A stretch of 63,692 bases of DNA, filler included, from Reticulomyxa filosa (Eukaryota; Protista; Foraminifera), in assembly GCA_000512085.1 (NCBI GenBank). It is 14 parts of 14 records of this genome, joined end to end, with 100 filler letters (N's around TTAATTAATTAA, not from the genome) between each part and the next. Parts side by side here need not be neighbours in the genome. Positions count along the whole stretch, not along the records: positions 14,206 to 19,050 come from ASPP01009046.1; positions 19,151 to 22,593 come from ASPP01013247.1; positions 22,694 to 34,436 come from ASPP01009147.1; 11 more parts are not named here. One strand, 5' to 3'. The translations under genes and the position numbers were made by a program. Positions 14,106 through 26,965 of this stretch are shown in pieces. The notes under the pieces are model-generated. The model ran no database searches. It had not been told where the DNA came from and was given only the letters and a program-made list of their open reading frames with translations. The first letter of the stretch is position 1. Each line of letters starts with the position of its first letter.

Positions 14106-14205
14106 NNNNNNNNNNNNNNNNNNNNNNNNNNNNNNNNNNNNNNNNNNNNTTAATTAATTAANNNNNNNNNNNNNNNNNNNNNNNNNNNNNNNNNNNNNNN
14201 NNNNN
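14106..14205. other. Artificial contig-joining spacer (44N-TTAATTAATTAA-44N); first of 13
   Basis: Identical 100-bp spacers also start at 19051, 22594, 34437, 37768, 39537, 42553, 49187, 51384, 52855, 55662, 60902 and 62374. The core contains stops in all six frames. Confidence 0.98.
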
Positions 14206-14929
14206 TTTCAAATTGAAATGTGCAATTATCCTCATCATATTCAATGGATAATCCCACGTTATTACAAAATAATACCATTTCATTCTTAATTTTATTTGTT
14301 GTAATCGTTTGTAATCCATTTGCTGCCTTTGATACAAAACAATGATATCCAATTGAATCATGTGTTGGCAGAGTGTCATGTTTGACAAATTGAAATGTTA
14401 TCAAATTAAATACGTCAAGATTTTTTGGATAATAAGAGATAAATAACAAATGATTATTGCTTCCTCCAATCACTGCACGCATCCCAATGTAAATATCTTC
14501 ATCTCTTCCAATTGAAATTGATTCATTTGCATTGTTTGTGAAAGGATACCATTTATTGCAATGTATTGCAATGTCATCTTGTTCATCCTCCCAAACGCTT
14601 CTATATCTCATCATTAATGTATGCTTATGTAATCCGCCAAACGATAACAACACGATTTCTCTTGATTTTTCGTTGTCCACACGCTTTACCACACTGTGCC
14701 CGCGTAATCGAACGTCATTCGGATAAGAACAGATACGCTTGTATTGATCTTTGCTAATATCGTACGAATAGCAGTCGTTATTTTCATAACCTCCGCAAAT
14801 TATTATTTCGTTTTTGTGGACTATACATTGGATACAAGAAAGTGGAACAGGTAAAGAGGCCAGTTTTTTAAAGGGGAGTGAAAGAGCTGTAATTGGAGGC
14901 TGTTCTAGGTTGGCATTAATTGTATCCAT
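14206..14929 (-). CDS. Kelch-repeat beta-propeller protein of a lineage-expanded family (3' truncated)
   Basis: LPVPL..QCIVHKNEIIICGG..CYSY, LLSFGG..KHTLMMRYRSVW, RAVIGGSNNHLLFI, YHCFV. Confidence 0.8.
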
Positions 14930-15614
14930 TTTATTGGATAAGCCTTGCGAACTTTGTAGCAGTGCTCAAAAACGCTACTAAATACAATTAATAGTGAGAT
15001 TTTTTGCTCTGGAAGTGCTGAACTTTAGGGAGAGGAAAACAACGCTGTGTGTGCTAAACAGAAACACGTTGCCCGTACAATAGAAAAAAAATACTGTGTC
15101 GCTATCGTTAACAACTTTTTAGTTTTTTTATTCAATCATAATCAACATATTTGTTGTTATTCATGATTTAACATAGACAACTTATTACTGTTTGACAAGT
15201 TTTGCATTGATATATTTTGTTAGTTTAATGTTAATTTAACTTCCAATAATAATTTCATTTAAAATTGAAATTATATTTTCAGAAAGTGGCCAGTAACACT
15301 GTACAAAATTTTTTTACTTTTTGTTTTCAACATTGAAATTGTTAATTAGGATCTTAACTATATAGAATTCTGCAGATTCAATGCTCCATAGCATTTGAGG
15401 CTATTAACAATCTCTTATATCAACTGAACAACTAAACATGTGGTGCTTGACATTCTTTGTAAACTGTTTATCAAATGTTTTTGTGGAGTTCGTTTTGTCT
15501 AGGTCTGCACACTCAGTTTTGAGACTAGTCACTCAACTGAACTTTTTTGGCAAGTTCGAAGAGATTGATCAGGGAGCAATAATATTTTTATAGAATACAA
15601 GTTGTTGAAAGCAA

Positions 15615-17519
15615 ATGCTTCGTTGGTTTGGAGTTACGGGTTTTTAAAAAAAATAGAAACAGCTGCTTGTACGTTTTCCAAAAAAAAAACGAAATTTAAT
15701 AAACCAAAATAAAAAGAAAAAAGAGCAATCGAATACCGAAGGCAATGAAGAAAAATACAACAAGCAGATTCAAGACGGGCTACGAAAAGAAGGGATAACT
15801 TCTGACCGAATGGTTCGTTTGCTTCTATTAGGATCAGGTGACAGTGGAAAAAGTACAATAATGAAAACAAATGAAAAGAATTTATCTGGAGGAAAACGAG
15901 ACAGAAAGAGATCAAGCGATATACAAAAAATTATATCCAATGGGTAAAAAGTACACTATTTTAGTCTTTTTTAATTAAAAAAAAGTTTAAAGATAGGGGG
16001 GGGGGGTTTGACACAAACTACGTATACAGAGCTTAGTGATTTACATGAGAGCCCTATGCCAAGCAGTAAAAGATTTAGAACATTTGTCGACCGAAGAAAA
16101 AACATCACTCGACAAATCTAACCTGCAATTGGTCAAGAGAATATTCGACAGTTCTTTGATTGATCAAACAACACCACTCCCTAAAGATTTGTTCACTGAT
16201 ATTAAGACTCTGTGGAAAGATGTTGCGTAATTTTTTTCTGGATTTTTTTTGGCCTAAATTTTTTGTGCTTTCCTTTTTTTTATTTTTTTTCTCCTTTCTT
16301 TTGTAACTTTCGTTGATAACACAGGAGAGTTTAAAAATTTGATTGATGGAATTAGGCAGGAATTCAACGAATCTTTACGCTAAGGGATCGCTATCAATTG
16401 CCAGACAATTGCGACTATTTCATGTCGCGAATAGATGATATTAGCAAAGATGATTATATCCCCACTTTTGATGACTATGTATGTATAGATGTGTGTTTCT
16501 CTTTCCCCTTTTTTTTTTTTTTTTTTTGTGAAACTATATAATGTGGAAATAAACCTAATTTGTGGGATGTCATGATCAAAGCTTCGGGTACGACAACGGT
16601 CAACTGGGATCAATGTCTGTAGGTTCCCCACGAAAACGCAATCTGAAAAAGAAACTATTTTTGAGTTTACTGATGTCGGTGGTCAAAAGAGGTATATGCT
16701 ATACACACAAAAAGAGTAACGTATGTATGTATATGTAATGTACATTATTATTTACGTCAATCCAATGCTTGGCTCACAAAAATGACACAACAAAGTGAAC
16801 GTCGCAAATGGTTGGAACTGATCAAACAATCAATCAATTGCGTCATATTTGTTGTGGGTGTGTCCGAATATAACCAAGTAAACTTGTAATAGAAATTACA
16901 TGCAGAGAGTTTTTTTAGTTTGAGTTTTGAGGTTTTTGTTAGTTGAGAAAAATGGATTATTTATAACATACACATATATACATATGTGCATATGCGTGTG
17001 TGCGTGTTGTAGTATTGCTTTGAAGACAGTGAGACACTACGTCTCCACGACTCTCTTCAGGCATTTGAATCCCTGGCCAAAGATAAATTTTTTGATGAAA
17101 AAACAGTGATCTTATTCTTCAATAAATATGGTTTGCCCTTTATTTATTTTTTTTAATGACGACAAGAGGGAAAAGTATGCAATAAATACCTAATATACAT
17201 ACATATACGTACATATACATACATATACATATTACGTATGCATATAAAAGATTTGTTCACTGAAAAATTACCAAAAAATCCTGTTAACAAGTATTTTAAT
17301 GATTGGCCGGAAAAAAAGGACCCCTCTAACGAAGGTGAGGTCCTTAACTTCTTTTATGAGAAGTATAACGAGAAATTGAAGCAATATAAAGCTGATTTGT
17401 TGGCACCACTTTATAGACATACTGTAGTTGCCTTAAATACTAAACTAGTTAATGATATTTTTGTCTCAATTTCCAATGATCTGGTTAATGGAAATCTTAG
17501 AGATTTGGGAGTTCTGTAA
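15615..17519 (+). CDS. Heterotrimeric G-protein alpha subunit, multi-exon (apparent homopolymer frameshifts near the N-terminus)
   Basis: RLLLLGSGDSGKST (about 15825-15856), switch I LRVRQRSTGI (about 16582-16611), FTDVGGQK-SERRKW, IFVVGVSEYNQ, ILFFNKY-D, HTVVALNT and C-terminal NLRDLGVL. Confidence 0.9.
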
Positions 17520-18008
17520 ATTTTATTTTATTTCACTTAAAAATCATTATGTTTTGGAAAAAATGCGTAATAAGTATCGTTATTTTTTTCCTCTTATTGG
17601 TCGTTGTTCTTTTGTTCGCATATTTACCCTTTTGGTCTTCAAATATTTCTTGATTGTTCGTTTTTTATTGAAAAGTTTTAACTCTAGTTTGTGCTGTTTT
17701 TCATTTAGTTTTTTCTGCGAGACTTTGTGCCATTGTAACAAAGTATGATTTTTGCAAACGGATCAATTGAGTAATTTGAAATGTTGAAAAAACTTTAAAA
17801 TAAATTCACAAAAAATATAAGTAGAAACAAAAATAGCTTACTTGCAAGACATTTTGGGTAACTTTGACCGAACTGCCAGAACAATCCAAACAGCGTAGTG
17901 ACCTTTTGTTCTCGTAAAGTTCTTTTAGTTTTTGTTTTCGTAAAAGGTACTACAGAAACCAAGCCAAAAAAAATAGTTCCTTTAAGATAAACAAAGCAAA
18001 GGCAAATA

Positions 18009-19021
18009 ATGTCTCTTTCAACTAAGGAGTTTTTGAGTGAATATTCGCGAAGAGCAAAACTTGGTGAAGGTACTTATGGGATTGTGTACAAGTGCTGGCA
18101 CGAACCCGCCAAGCGTTTTGTGGCTTTGAAAAAAATCAAAATTGACAATCATGAAGAAGGTATTCCTGCAACAACTTTACGTGAAGTTCTCTGGTCAACA
18201 TCAAACAAAGTCTTTTTTATTTGTTTATACATATATTTGTTTTACAAAGTTGGAGGCCCGACATTTTTTTATCTTTTTCCATAACACTTTTTTTGCCGTT
18301 TTAATCAAATTTTTGCCCATGTTTCGGACTAAATTTGCAATTGAAAAATGGATCTTCCTAAGGAAGGAGGGAAAACACGTTTTTCGAATTTATTGCTCAG
18401 CGAAATTTGAAAATCTAAACAAAACAAAAAAGTGCATATATGTATATGAGTTGATCGCAAATTTTGATATTGTGTAATGTTTTGTTCTCCCTTTCGTCTC
18501 CTCTCTTTCCATTTCCAGGTGAGCCTATTGAAAGAATTGCGACATCCATGCATAATCGAATTGGAGAAAAGTTTGTATGTTGATGGAGATTTGTTTTTGG
18601 TGTTTCCGTATGTGGACAACGATTTGAAGCAATATTTGGAGAAGTGCGGAACAAACTTAGAACTGCCGTTACTGAAATCGTATTCGTTTATGTTAGTGGA
18701 AGGACTTCGACATTGCCATTCATGTCGAGTGTTGCATCGAGATTTGAAGCCGCAAAATATTTTGATAAGCGAAGCCGGGGATTTAAAAATTGCCGACTTT
18801 GGCTTGGGACGAGAGCATGGATTGCCAATATGTAAACTGACTCACGAAGTTGTGACATTGTGGTACAGGCCACCGGAGATATTGTTGGGTCAAGAAACCT
18901 ACAGTGGCGCGGCAGACATTTGGGGTATTGGCTGCATTATTGCTGAATTAGCCACGCGCAAAGCACTGTTTCCTGGGGATTCTGAGATTGATCAATTGTT
19001 TCAAATTTTCAAAATCTTAGG
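18009..19021 (+). CDS. Cyclin-dependent kinase, CDK1/2 (cdc2)-like, 3' truncated
   Basis: GEGTYG, VALKK, EGIPATTLRE (PSTAIRE variant), HRDLKPQN, DFG, THEVVTLWYRPPE, GDSEIDQLF; intron 18186-18518. Confidence 0.93.
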
Positions 19022-19150
19022 TTTATTTTTATTTGTTTATTTATTTATTTNNNNNNNNNNNNNNNNNNNNNNNNNNNNNNNNNNNNNNNNNNNNTTAATT
19101 AATTAANNNNNNNNNNNNNNNNNNNNNNNNNNNNNNNNNNNNNNNNNNNN

Positions 19151-20710
19151 GGAAGAGGAAGAGGCGGAGAAGACGAAGGGTTCACTGGCAACGACCGAGA
19201 GTGGATCAACTGCACTTGATGATGCTCATCTGACATGATAGCGATATGCGGTCCGAGGCTGGGCGACACTGGTATCTTTTGCAGCTGCGACGAACTTGCG
19301 TTGGCCACGTCATTGTCCTGCAATTCAAACTTTTTTTTTGAGGCGTTTGATCTGCTGCTCCATAAAAAATTCCACCAATGCTTTGGGCTTGGACTGGACT
19401 CGTCGACATCTTTGTTGGATGAATGCAACTCCATTGAAATTGGAATTGGAATTGCCATTGCTGCTGTGGTAGTAGTCGCAGTGGTGGTCGCTATCGTGGC
19501 ACTCTCCTCGCCAATCAGCAAATGTGTGGGCTTGCTCTGCCGTTTCAATCTCGTGAGAATACGGTTCTTCTCGTACAAGTCCACAAAGCGCACCACGCGG
19601 TGCATCGAAATGTAACACAGACACACCATCGCCGTTGATGCCATGTAGCACGTCCATACCTCTGCCACGTTTGCAAAAGGTGTCCAATAATAATTAAACA
19701 TCCACACTCCTACGCCGTATGTTAGCATCAACGTCACCGTAGATATCAGTAACCATCGAATTTCCCCTTTTTTTTTTTTAAAAAAAAAAAAAATACATTA
19801 TATACAGATATATTACTCAAATGCCAACAAAAATGTCACATTGTTTTTTTTTTAAAAAAGGTACCTTTGACTTCCATCACATCTCGCACTTGTTGTATCT
19901 GAAAAACAGGATACATTCCTGCTGTTGCAAGGATTATTCCGGTCGCGGTGATCACGTACATCCATGCCGTGGTCTTCAGCATATCGGTTAGGGCTCTTTT
20001 TTGGTTTGCAAAAAAGAGTACTTTCATAAAAAACATTATTGATAGTACACATAATATATACTTATATGTGTACATATATGTATATATTATATATTATATA
20101 TGTACATATAATTAAATTTTTTTTTTTTTTTTTTTTTAAACGCACATGACAATGCCTTCAATCACAAGGAAAACAAGAAACGACAAGGCAAACAAAATGT
20201 TGAAATTGCCTAAAAATTCGTACTTCATTGTCCATGGAACGTAGTTGACACTGATGATATGTCTTTGCCAACGGATATCCAATTGGTGGATGTCACGTGT
20301 AAAGTCATAGTACAACAGCCATATACGAATGAGTACCCACTCCATCACTATTGTTCCGCCGCCACTGCATACATTTACTATGTACCTTTCCACTTTTCCT
20401 TCTTTCTTTAGCCATGGATACATTACCATCATTGCCGACAGTGTTCGGATTACTTTTTTTTTTTTTTTTTTAATTGTTTGTTCCAAATATGTCTCATTAT
20501 ATGGATGTATTTTTTTTTTTTTGTAATACCAATCAAGTAAATCAGTGACGATATTGTAATTAACACTACCAACATTGGACGTCGTTTATGGATAAATGAA
20601 TGGCGCTTCCTTTTCTTGTAGGCTATAATGCACCATATCACGTAGGGTAGCACGCCCCCTGCCGTAATAACCAACCAAACAAAGTACAACCAAGCTGCTA
20701 AGGTAACCAT
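19151..20710 (-). CDS. 7TM receptor-like protein, probably 7TM-RGS type (RGS part beyond the contig end)
   Basis: Seven hydrophobic segments over 4 exons. FIHKRRP follows TM1 and DVMEVKG-EIRWL precedes TM6, matching the D.F.I+.E loop of the 7TM-RGS at 61161. Confidence 0.65.
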
Positions 20711-21489
20711 TTTGTTTGTTTCTATTCAACCTCTTGTACTTTTTTTCAGAGCTCTCCTCACAGCACAAATGTAATGATTATATTGAAAAGATTGGAAATG
20801 GTTAAAAATGAATTGCATTAAAAGATTCACCTTGGGGAAGAAGAGCTTCTAGTTTCTGTTTCTTGCGCTTTTGTTGGACCAGTTGCGGCAAAAACATAAA
20901 CAGTGAGTATAAAAGTAAGTTTGTTTTTATTTGTTTTATCTTTTTCTTTTTTAGTTTATCCAAAAAAACAAAATTAACGAGAGACATTTTAAGTGCAGAT
21001 ACACAGCGCAACTTTTTAAATGTAACAACTAAATCCACTCTGTTTTAAATCAATATTGCTTTATTTATGGATGTGTTCAACAATTTTGAGTTTAAAAAGC
21101 TGAAAACTCTTTCATTTTGGTTTTTCTTTAGCAGCTCAACACAAAATGTTAAAAAGGGAACACGTATTCTCAGTATCTAGCTTCTCTTCTAGATATTCCT
21201 CATTTTCTGTTTATTTTCATTGTATTGTTGCCGTTACTTTGTGAGATAATCAGTACATTCTGACTTTCTATGCTAACTTGTTAGAACAGCGAGCCCTTTT
21301 GGCTTGGTTTACAAGAAAAAAACATATTAATGTCCGATATTGAAATATTGACTGAAGAAAAAAAGCACGAATGGAGAATTTTTTGTAAATGATCAAACCC
21401 GTTTTATTTTACACAGCTTTACAGAAAACTACTTTTGAAAAAAAAGTTAAAATTTATTTAGTTTCGTCAGAGATACAGTGAAAATGTTT

Positions 21490-22593
21490 TTAGTCGTGCC
21501 AGTTTTCATTTGAACCGTGTTGATCACCATCAACATTGTTTGATTTTGCCTTTTTGTTTCCGGCATTTTCTTCATCATCTGATTCTTGCAAATCAATCTC
21601 TCGACTTCTGTTTTTACCATCAAAAAAAAAAAAAAGGGATGAAGAAGCGACAACTAAGATAAAAATTACAGTCAAACAAAAAAAAAAAAAAAAAACCTGT
21701 GGCAATCCCATAGGAGTTTCCGTTTGTGCATCAAGAACATCCATTTTTTCATCCCCCGAATCCTTGGAGCCAGAACTACTTTCGTTGTCTTTGGACAAGC
21801 GAACTTCAGACTTTTTCTTGGAGGGCGGAGCCAAAGGTTTGTTGCGAGACGTGGTATTACTGGCGTTATTCGTCGCGGGAGTGGTATTGGCGGGTGTGGT
21901 AGTCGATTCAGCTTGTTTATTGTTCGTCGCTGCGGTGGCGATGGTGGTGATGGACACAGAAGCGGCAGCAGGAGCAGCAGAAGAGTTATTTCGATTTTCC
22001 ATTGCAATGGTGATCTCTTGTTTCAATTTTTTTTCGTGTTTATTGTTGTATCGATAGATAAAGCAGCCTCCGAGTAAAACGACCACAATCCCAGCACATA
22101 TCCCTCCCACTATTGCAGGACTATTGGACACTATTGTTCGTTACAATGATTGGGACACAACACACACACACACACACACAAGTGTAGAGTGGGATTGGAT
22201 TCGTACCTGGCTGATTGGACGACTTGTCGCTGCCATTGGACTGTTTTCCTCCTGTAGCAAAGGTGGTAGGCGCTTGCGTGGGACGTGACGTCGGCGAGGT
22301 TACCGCGTTTGTACTCGCAACAGTCGGACTTTTTGTCATTGGGGGTTTTGTCGTTGGGGACTTTGTCGTTGGAGCTTTCGACGTTGGAGTCTCTGTGGTA
22401 ATGATGGTGGTGGTGGGAGGTAATACCGGAGATTGCGTTGGCAAAAGCGTAGGCGATAGCGTGGTGACTTTGGTGGGTGCCAATGTATGCGGTTTGGGTG
22501 TTCTTTTGATTGGCGGTGAGGTGGGTTGTGTGGTGGGAGCCTTTGTGGTTGTTGGCGCTTTGCTCGGATTGGTCGTAGGTGTCTTTGTTGTTG
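21490..22593 (-). CDS. PT-repeat mucin-like single-pass membrane protein (5' truncated)
   Basis: PTT/SPT repeats, TM AIVGGICAGIVVVLLGGCFIY and a basic stop-transfer segment; introns at about 22204-22136 and 21698-21623. Confidence 0.7.
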
Positions 22594-22693
22594 NNNNNNN
22601 NNNNNNNNNNNNNNNNNNNNNNNNNNNNNNNNNNNNNTTAATTAATTAANNNNNNNNNNNNNNNNNNNNNNNNNNNNNNNNNNNNNNNNNNNN

Positions 22694-23256
22694 AAAAAAA
22701 AAAAGAGATATTCGACGAATCAAAAAAATAGTGGCCGGCGTGGATGACGCACTTATAATAGACGCACGTTCTCCGGAACGGTTTTCGGGGCAAATTAAAG
22801 AGGCAAATCAGGCGTTGCGAAGTGGCCATATTCCAGGTAGCGTGTCGCTATACTATCAATTGCTGTTGGACGACAGTCGACAGTGCTACCGCTCTCTGCA
22901 GGAACTCAAGTCGCTGTTCCTTTCCTTTGGGATTGACGTTCATAAACGACCTATTGTTACCACCTGCGGTAGTGGAGTCACGGCTGCTATTGTCTCATGT
23001 TTCGTCGCCTTTTTTTTTTTTTTTTTTGTGTGTTTGTTGGTAATGTGACATTGCATATACAACTCGTAAACATATATATGTATATACGTATATATTTATG
23101 TATACGTATATGTTAATAGTTGCTATTCATTTGATACAATGGGCAGACAGTAAAAAAACATCGCAGTTTTATCCGCCGTTGAGTTTATATAATGGCAGTT
23201 GGAATGAATGGGGCTCACGTGAAGACTGCCCTGTTGCTTGTGAAGTCAAAGAATAA
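22694..23256 (+). CDS. 3-mercaptopyruvate/thiosulfate sulfurtransferase (rhodanese), C-terminal domain, 5' truncated
   Basis: IIDARS..RF.G, RSGHIPGS, active-site loop TCGSGVTA, final exon LYNGSWNEW. Confidence 0.9.
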
Positions 23257-23788
23257 ACTTGCTACATTATATACACTCGAATGAACAGTTTTACCAAAAC
23301 TACACACAACACACAAATCATTATTCTTCACCATTTTGGGATTTTTTTACATCTTAACTTTTTTTGATTATACAACAATGTCACTACATCTTCCTAAATT
23401 ATACTCCAGTCTTTAAAAAAGTATATGTAAGCAGCAGTGAAACTGAGTTGGAAAACAAAGCTGGTGTGATGTCTAAATTGATTAGTAACTTCAACGCACA
23501 ATTATCTCTATTTTTCTACATCTGCTTCTATGTTTTAAAACTATACCAGCATTTATGTCTTTTGATTGTCTTTGCATGTTGTTTCTAGCTACCTCAGACT
23601 AATGTTTAAATCTGTGTACGATTTTTGAAACTAATTAATATGCTTTGCAGAAAGTAAAATTAGACACAAAGCAATACAAAAGTTCTTGTAAGCAAATTTC
23701 GAAAAAAAGGGGCAACCAAAAAAGAAAAAAGGTCCAAAGCCTCTTGGAAAAAGAAATACCAAGCGTCACACAACAAAAATTTAACACG

Positions 23789-25886
23789 TCAAACTCCAAC
23801 CAATACTTCCACCTTTGTTTTTGCTTGCAATGTTCGCTCGTCAGATGTTCCGAAAACTTGACTGAAGATTTGGTGCGCTTCTTTATAATATTCCAAAGCT
23901 TGTTGTTTTTCGGATTTTGATTCGAAGGCGAATCCCAGTTTCCAAATTAAATCAGCAACTCTTGTGTTTGTATCTCCGAATATCTCTTTGCTTGTTGTCA
24001 ATCCTTTTTTATAATATTCTATCGCTTTATCATATTGCTTACTCGCGTAGTACGAATTTCCCAAATTACTATATGAGCGAGCAATATTAATGTGTATTAA
24101 TCTGCTTTTATCTGTTTCATTATTTTTCAATACTATTTCGAGGCATTCAATCGCTTTGATATAGTATTCAATTGCTTTGTCAAGTAGTCCTTTCCTACGA
24201 TAAGAAACTCCTAAATCATTGTAAGAATTACCAACAAGAACGTGATAAGTTCCAAAATGTTTAATCTTATTTTTAACGCCTTTTCACAGAAATCAATTGT
24301 GTTATCATACTGCTTAATTTTGCTGTATGATTTTCCTAAATAATGATAGGATGTAGCAACGTCTTCGTGGTTTGTTCCAAAAAGATCTAATCTTATTTCC
24401 AACGCTTTGGTATGACATTTAATTGCGTCATCATATCGTCCAGTATTGTAGTTCAGCATTCCTAACTTATAATAAGATAAAGCAACATCCGAGTGATTTG
24501 TTCCAAAAATATTTAACCTTATTTGCAAAGACTTTTCATAATATTCTATGGCTTTGAGATATTCTCTTTTGTGAGAATATGATGTTCCTAAATTATCATA
24601 CGACAGTGCAACAAAAGAGTAGTTGCTCCCAAAAGTGTTCGATATAATTTCCAACGCATTTTCGTAAGAAAAGTAATAGCACACTGCCGCAATTAGGACT
24701 AAAATCGAAAATAGCAATTGAAAAGTCCAAGTTTTTTTTTTTCTTTGCATCAGTCATTTCTTATTTTCGCGACTTTCGGTGTCGTCTTCATAGATTGGTA
24801 ATTCATCTGATGCTTGAACCAAATAAATGTCATAAAGGACACTTGAAACAACTTGAATAATCTCTCTTCTCAAAGTTATATCATTAACATTTTTGATGGT
24901 TTTTTTGATGATAGAATCAAAAGCTTCATTACTATTCTTTTCAATGATTTGACAAAATACTTCGATGAAACAGCTTCCTTTTTTAACAATATCACTTTCA
25001 CTTCCTGCATTATCTAAACTTACTTTTTCTGGAATGTTTGCAAAAATTGTGATAACATCAATTTCGATATTGTTCCATAATGTCCTTTGTTCACATCTGG
25101 CCTTTGTTTGGTTTGGTTCTTTTTCTTCTTCTTCTCCTCTATACCCTATCTTTATAAACATTTTTGGTTTTCCTGCAAAATACTCTGCTGCTTTCATTAG
25201 ATCATGTTGGACGTCTTTAAAATCTTTTGCCTTTTCATCACTCGTAATTAACGTATATCCATTTATTTCGGAGCCTCCATGCCCACACCATACAAATATT
25301 AATGCATCATAACAACTCACTCTATTGTCATCTTTAAAATCGTTAACTAAACGTTCATTGTGATCCAAAAGAAAATTATCCAATTGCTCTGCAGTAAGCG
25401 TTTCAGTAGTTGGATCTTTTGGATCATACGTACTGAATACTTGATACTTGAGTTTTGATTCAAATAATCTTTGTAGCAATAAGAGATCTTGCTTAACACC
25501 TTCCAAATATGTGTGTTGTTCATATTTCGCTGCTCCAGTTAATAGTATTAATGGATTCTTTACTTCGTATGCTGATTGTTTTTTTTTTTCAATTTATTGC
25601 TACGACGTATTTTGGAGAATTTTGATAATGAAACAAGAAAGAGAACAAAACATGAGTGAAATTGTAAATTAAAAAATACGGGATGACTCTCAAATGCAGC
25701 AACTACATTTTCATCAGTTTGGACATTACGACCGCTTCCATCAGTAATTGTAATCGATACGTTGTTTTTTGGAGTGGATGAAATAACTTGAGTAATTTTT
25801 TGCTCCAGTTCTTTGAACGTCAATTCTGACAACATTATCATATGTGCTTTTGTACCGTCATTTACGTGCGCTTTGTAGGAAGACAT
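23789..25886 (-). CDS. PB1-like domain + caspase-like (peptidase C14 fold, catalytic Cys replaced) + 42-aa TPR repeats; frameshifted in the TPR region
   Basis: The N-terminus YKAHVND..TFKELEQKI..ITITDGSGRNVQTDENV is PB1-like. The caspase-like part has NPLILLTGAAKY..LEGVKQD, DALIFVWCGHG and GKPKMFIKIGYRG (compare KPKLFFIQACRG), and GSCFIEVF. The TPR units read EKSLQIRLNIFGTNHSDVALSY. Confidence 0.75.
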
Positions 25887-26965
25887 TTTGTTAAGATACT
25901 TTGTGTGGCGTTTTAAACGCAACAAAAGTCTTGTGCCACTCCAAAAAAAATTGTGGAGTGGAACACCCTTTACGCCAGTTACTCCAAATATTCTTTTTAG
26001 CGTATAATTGTCAATAACAATTTCAGCCAACTTTAATTAATCTAATCCGTTCAAGCAACACTTTCTTTTTTTCTTGCTCTGAAGAGGCTCCAATTTTTGT
26101 AAGTAAATTCTTTTGTTAATATAATTGTTATTCTCTACAAAAAAAAAACAAGTGATGCAACAGACAGTTTGATGTTAAACAAAGGTACATGAAATAATCC
26201 CTTATAAGAAGTGCTGGATTGTTGCATTAGTGGAATTTCATTTTGATGTGTATTTTCTTTTTTATTACAGTTGCAAAGAAACCTTCATCATTAAATCAAA
26301 ATTTTTTTGGACTACTTTGTAACCCATATCATCATTTTTTTAAATGCTTTCAAGATGTTCATGTGAAATCTTGTAAGAACTAGGGATTTACAACTTGTTA
26401 ATGTGTATCCCTCTCTTCTCTTGACTTTCTACCTAGAAGTGACACATGGTTTATATTTCATCGCTCTAAAATGTGTTGCTTTCTTGTTAAGTAAAGTAAG
26501 TTGGGTTGCAAAGGGGTCTTTTAACTTTTTTTAAAATTCAATTTGAACAGTGTTATTCAAGATGCAATCTCGTAATGCAACTTTTTTTTTCATCTTTTTT
26601 TCTTGAAATAATGAAAATATATAAAAGAACTAGTATCTATTTGTTTAGGAAAGGAAATTGCTGACAGTAAAAAGACCAAGACGGAACGGCTTGAGGTTAG
26701 CCATCCTTCCACTTTATTTCTTTGTATAATAGAAAATAAACAAACTATGCTTATACTTATCTGTTTGGTGGATCAAAAAGACAGCAGTCCGTTATGCCTA
26801 CCCTTTAGAAATGGGTAATGAGTGTAGCGGAAGATCGCTTGAAGAATTGTATATGCGCTTGCAAAATTGCAGTTAAGATTTCAACAACAGCTGTACATTG
26901 CTCATGTGAGCAGTGGAGATTGGTATAACTGTATGTTTGCAGACAATTTGAAGTGTAATGGAGGA

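Noticed and set aside
22215-22649. Val/Gly-rich hydrophobic ORF on the plus strand
   Set aside because: It is the antisense shadow of the Pro/Thr mucin-like gene.
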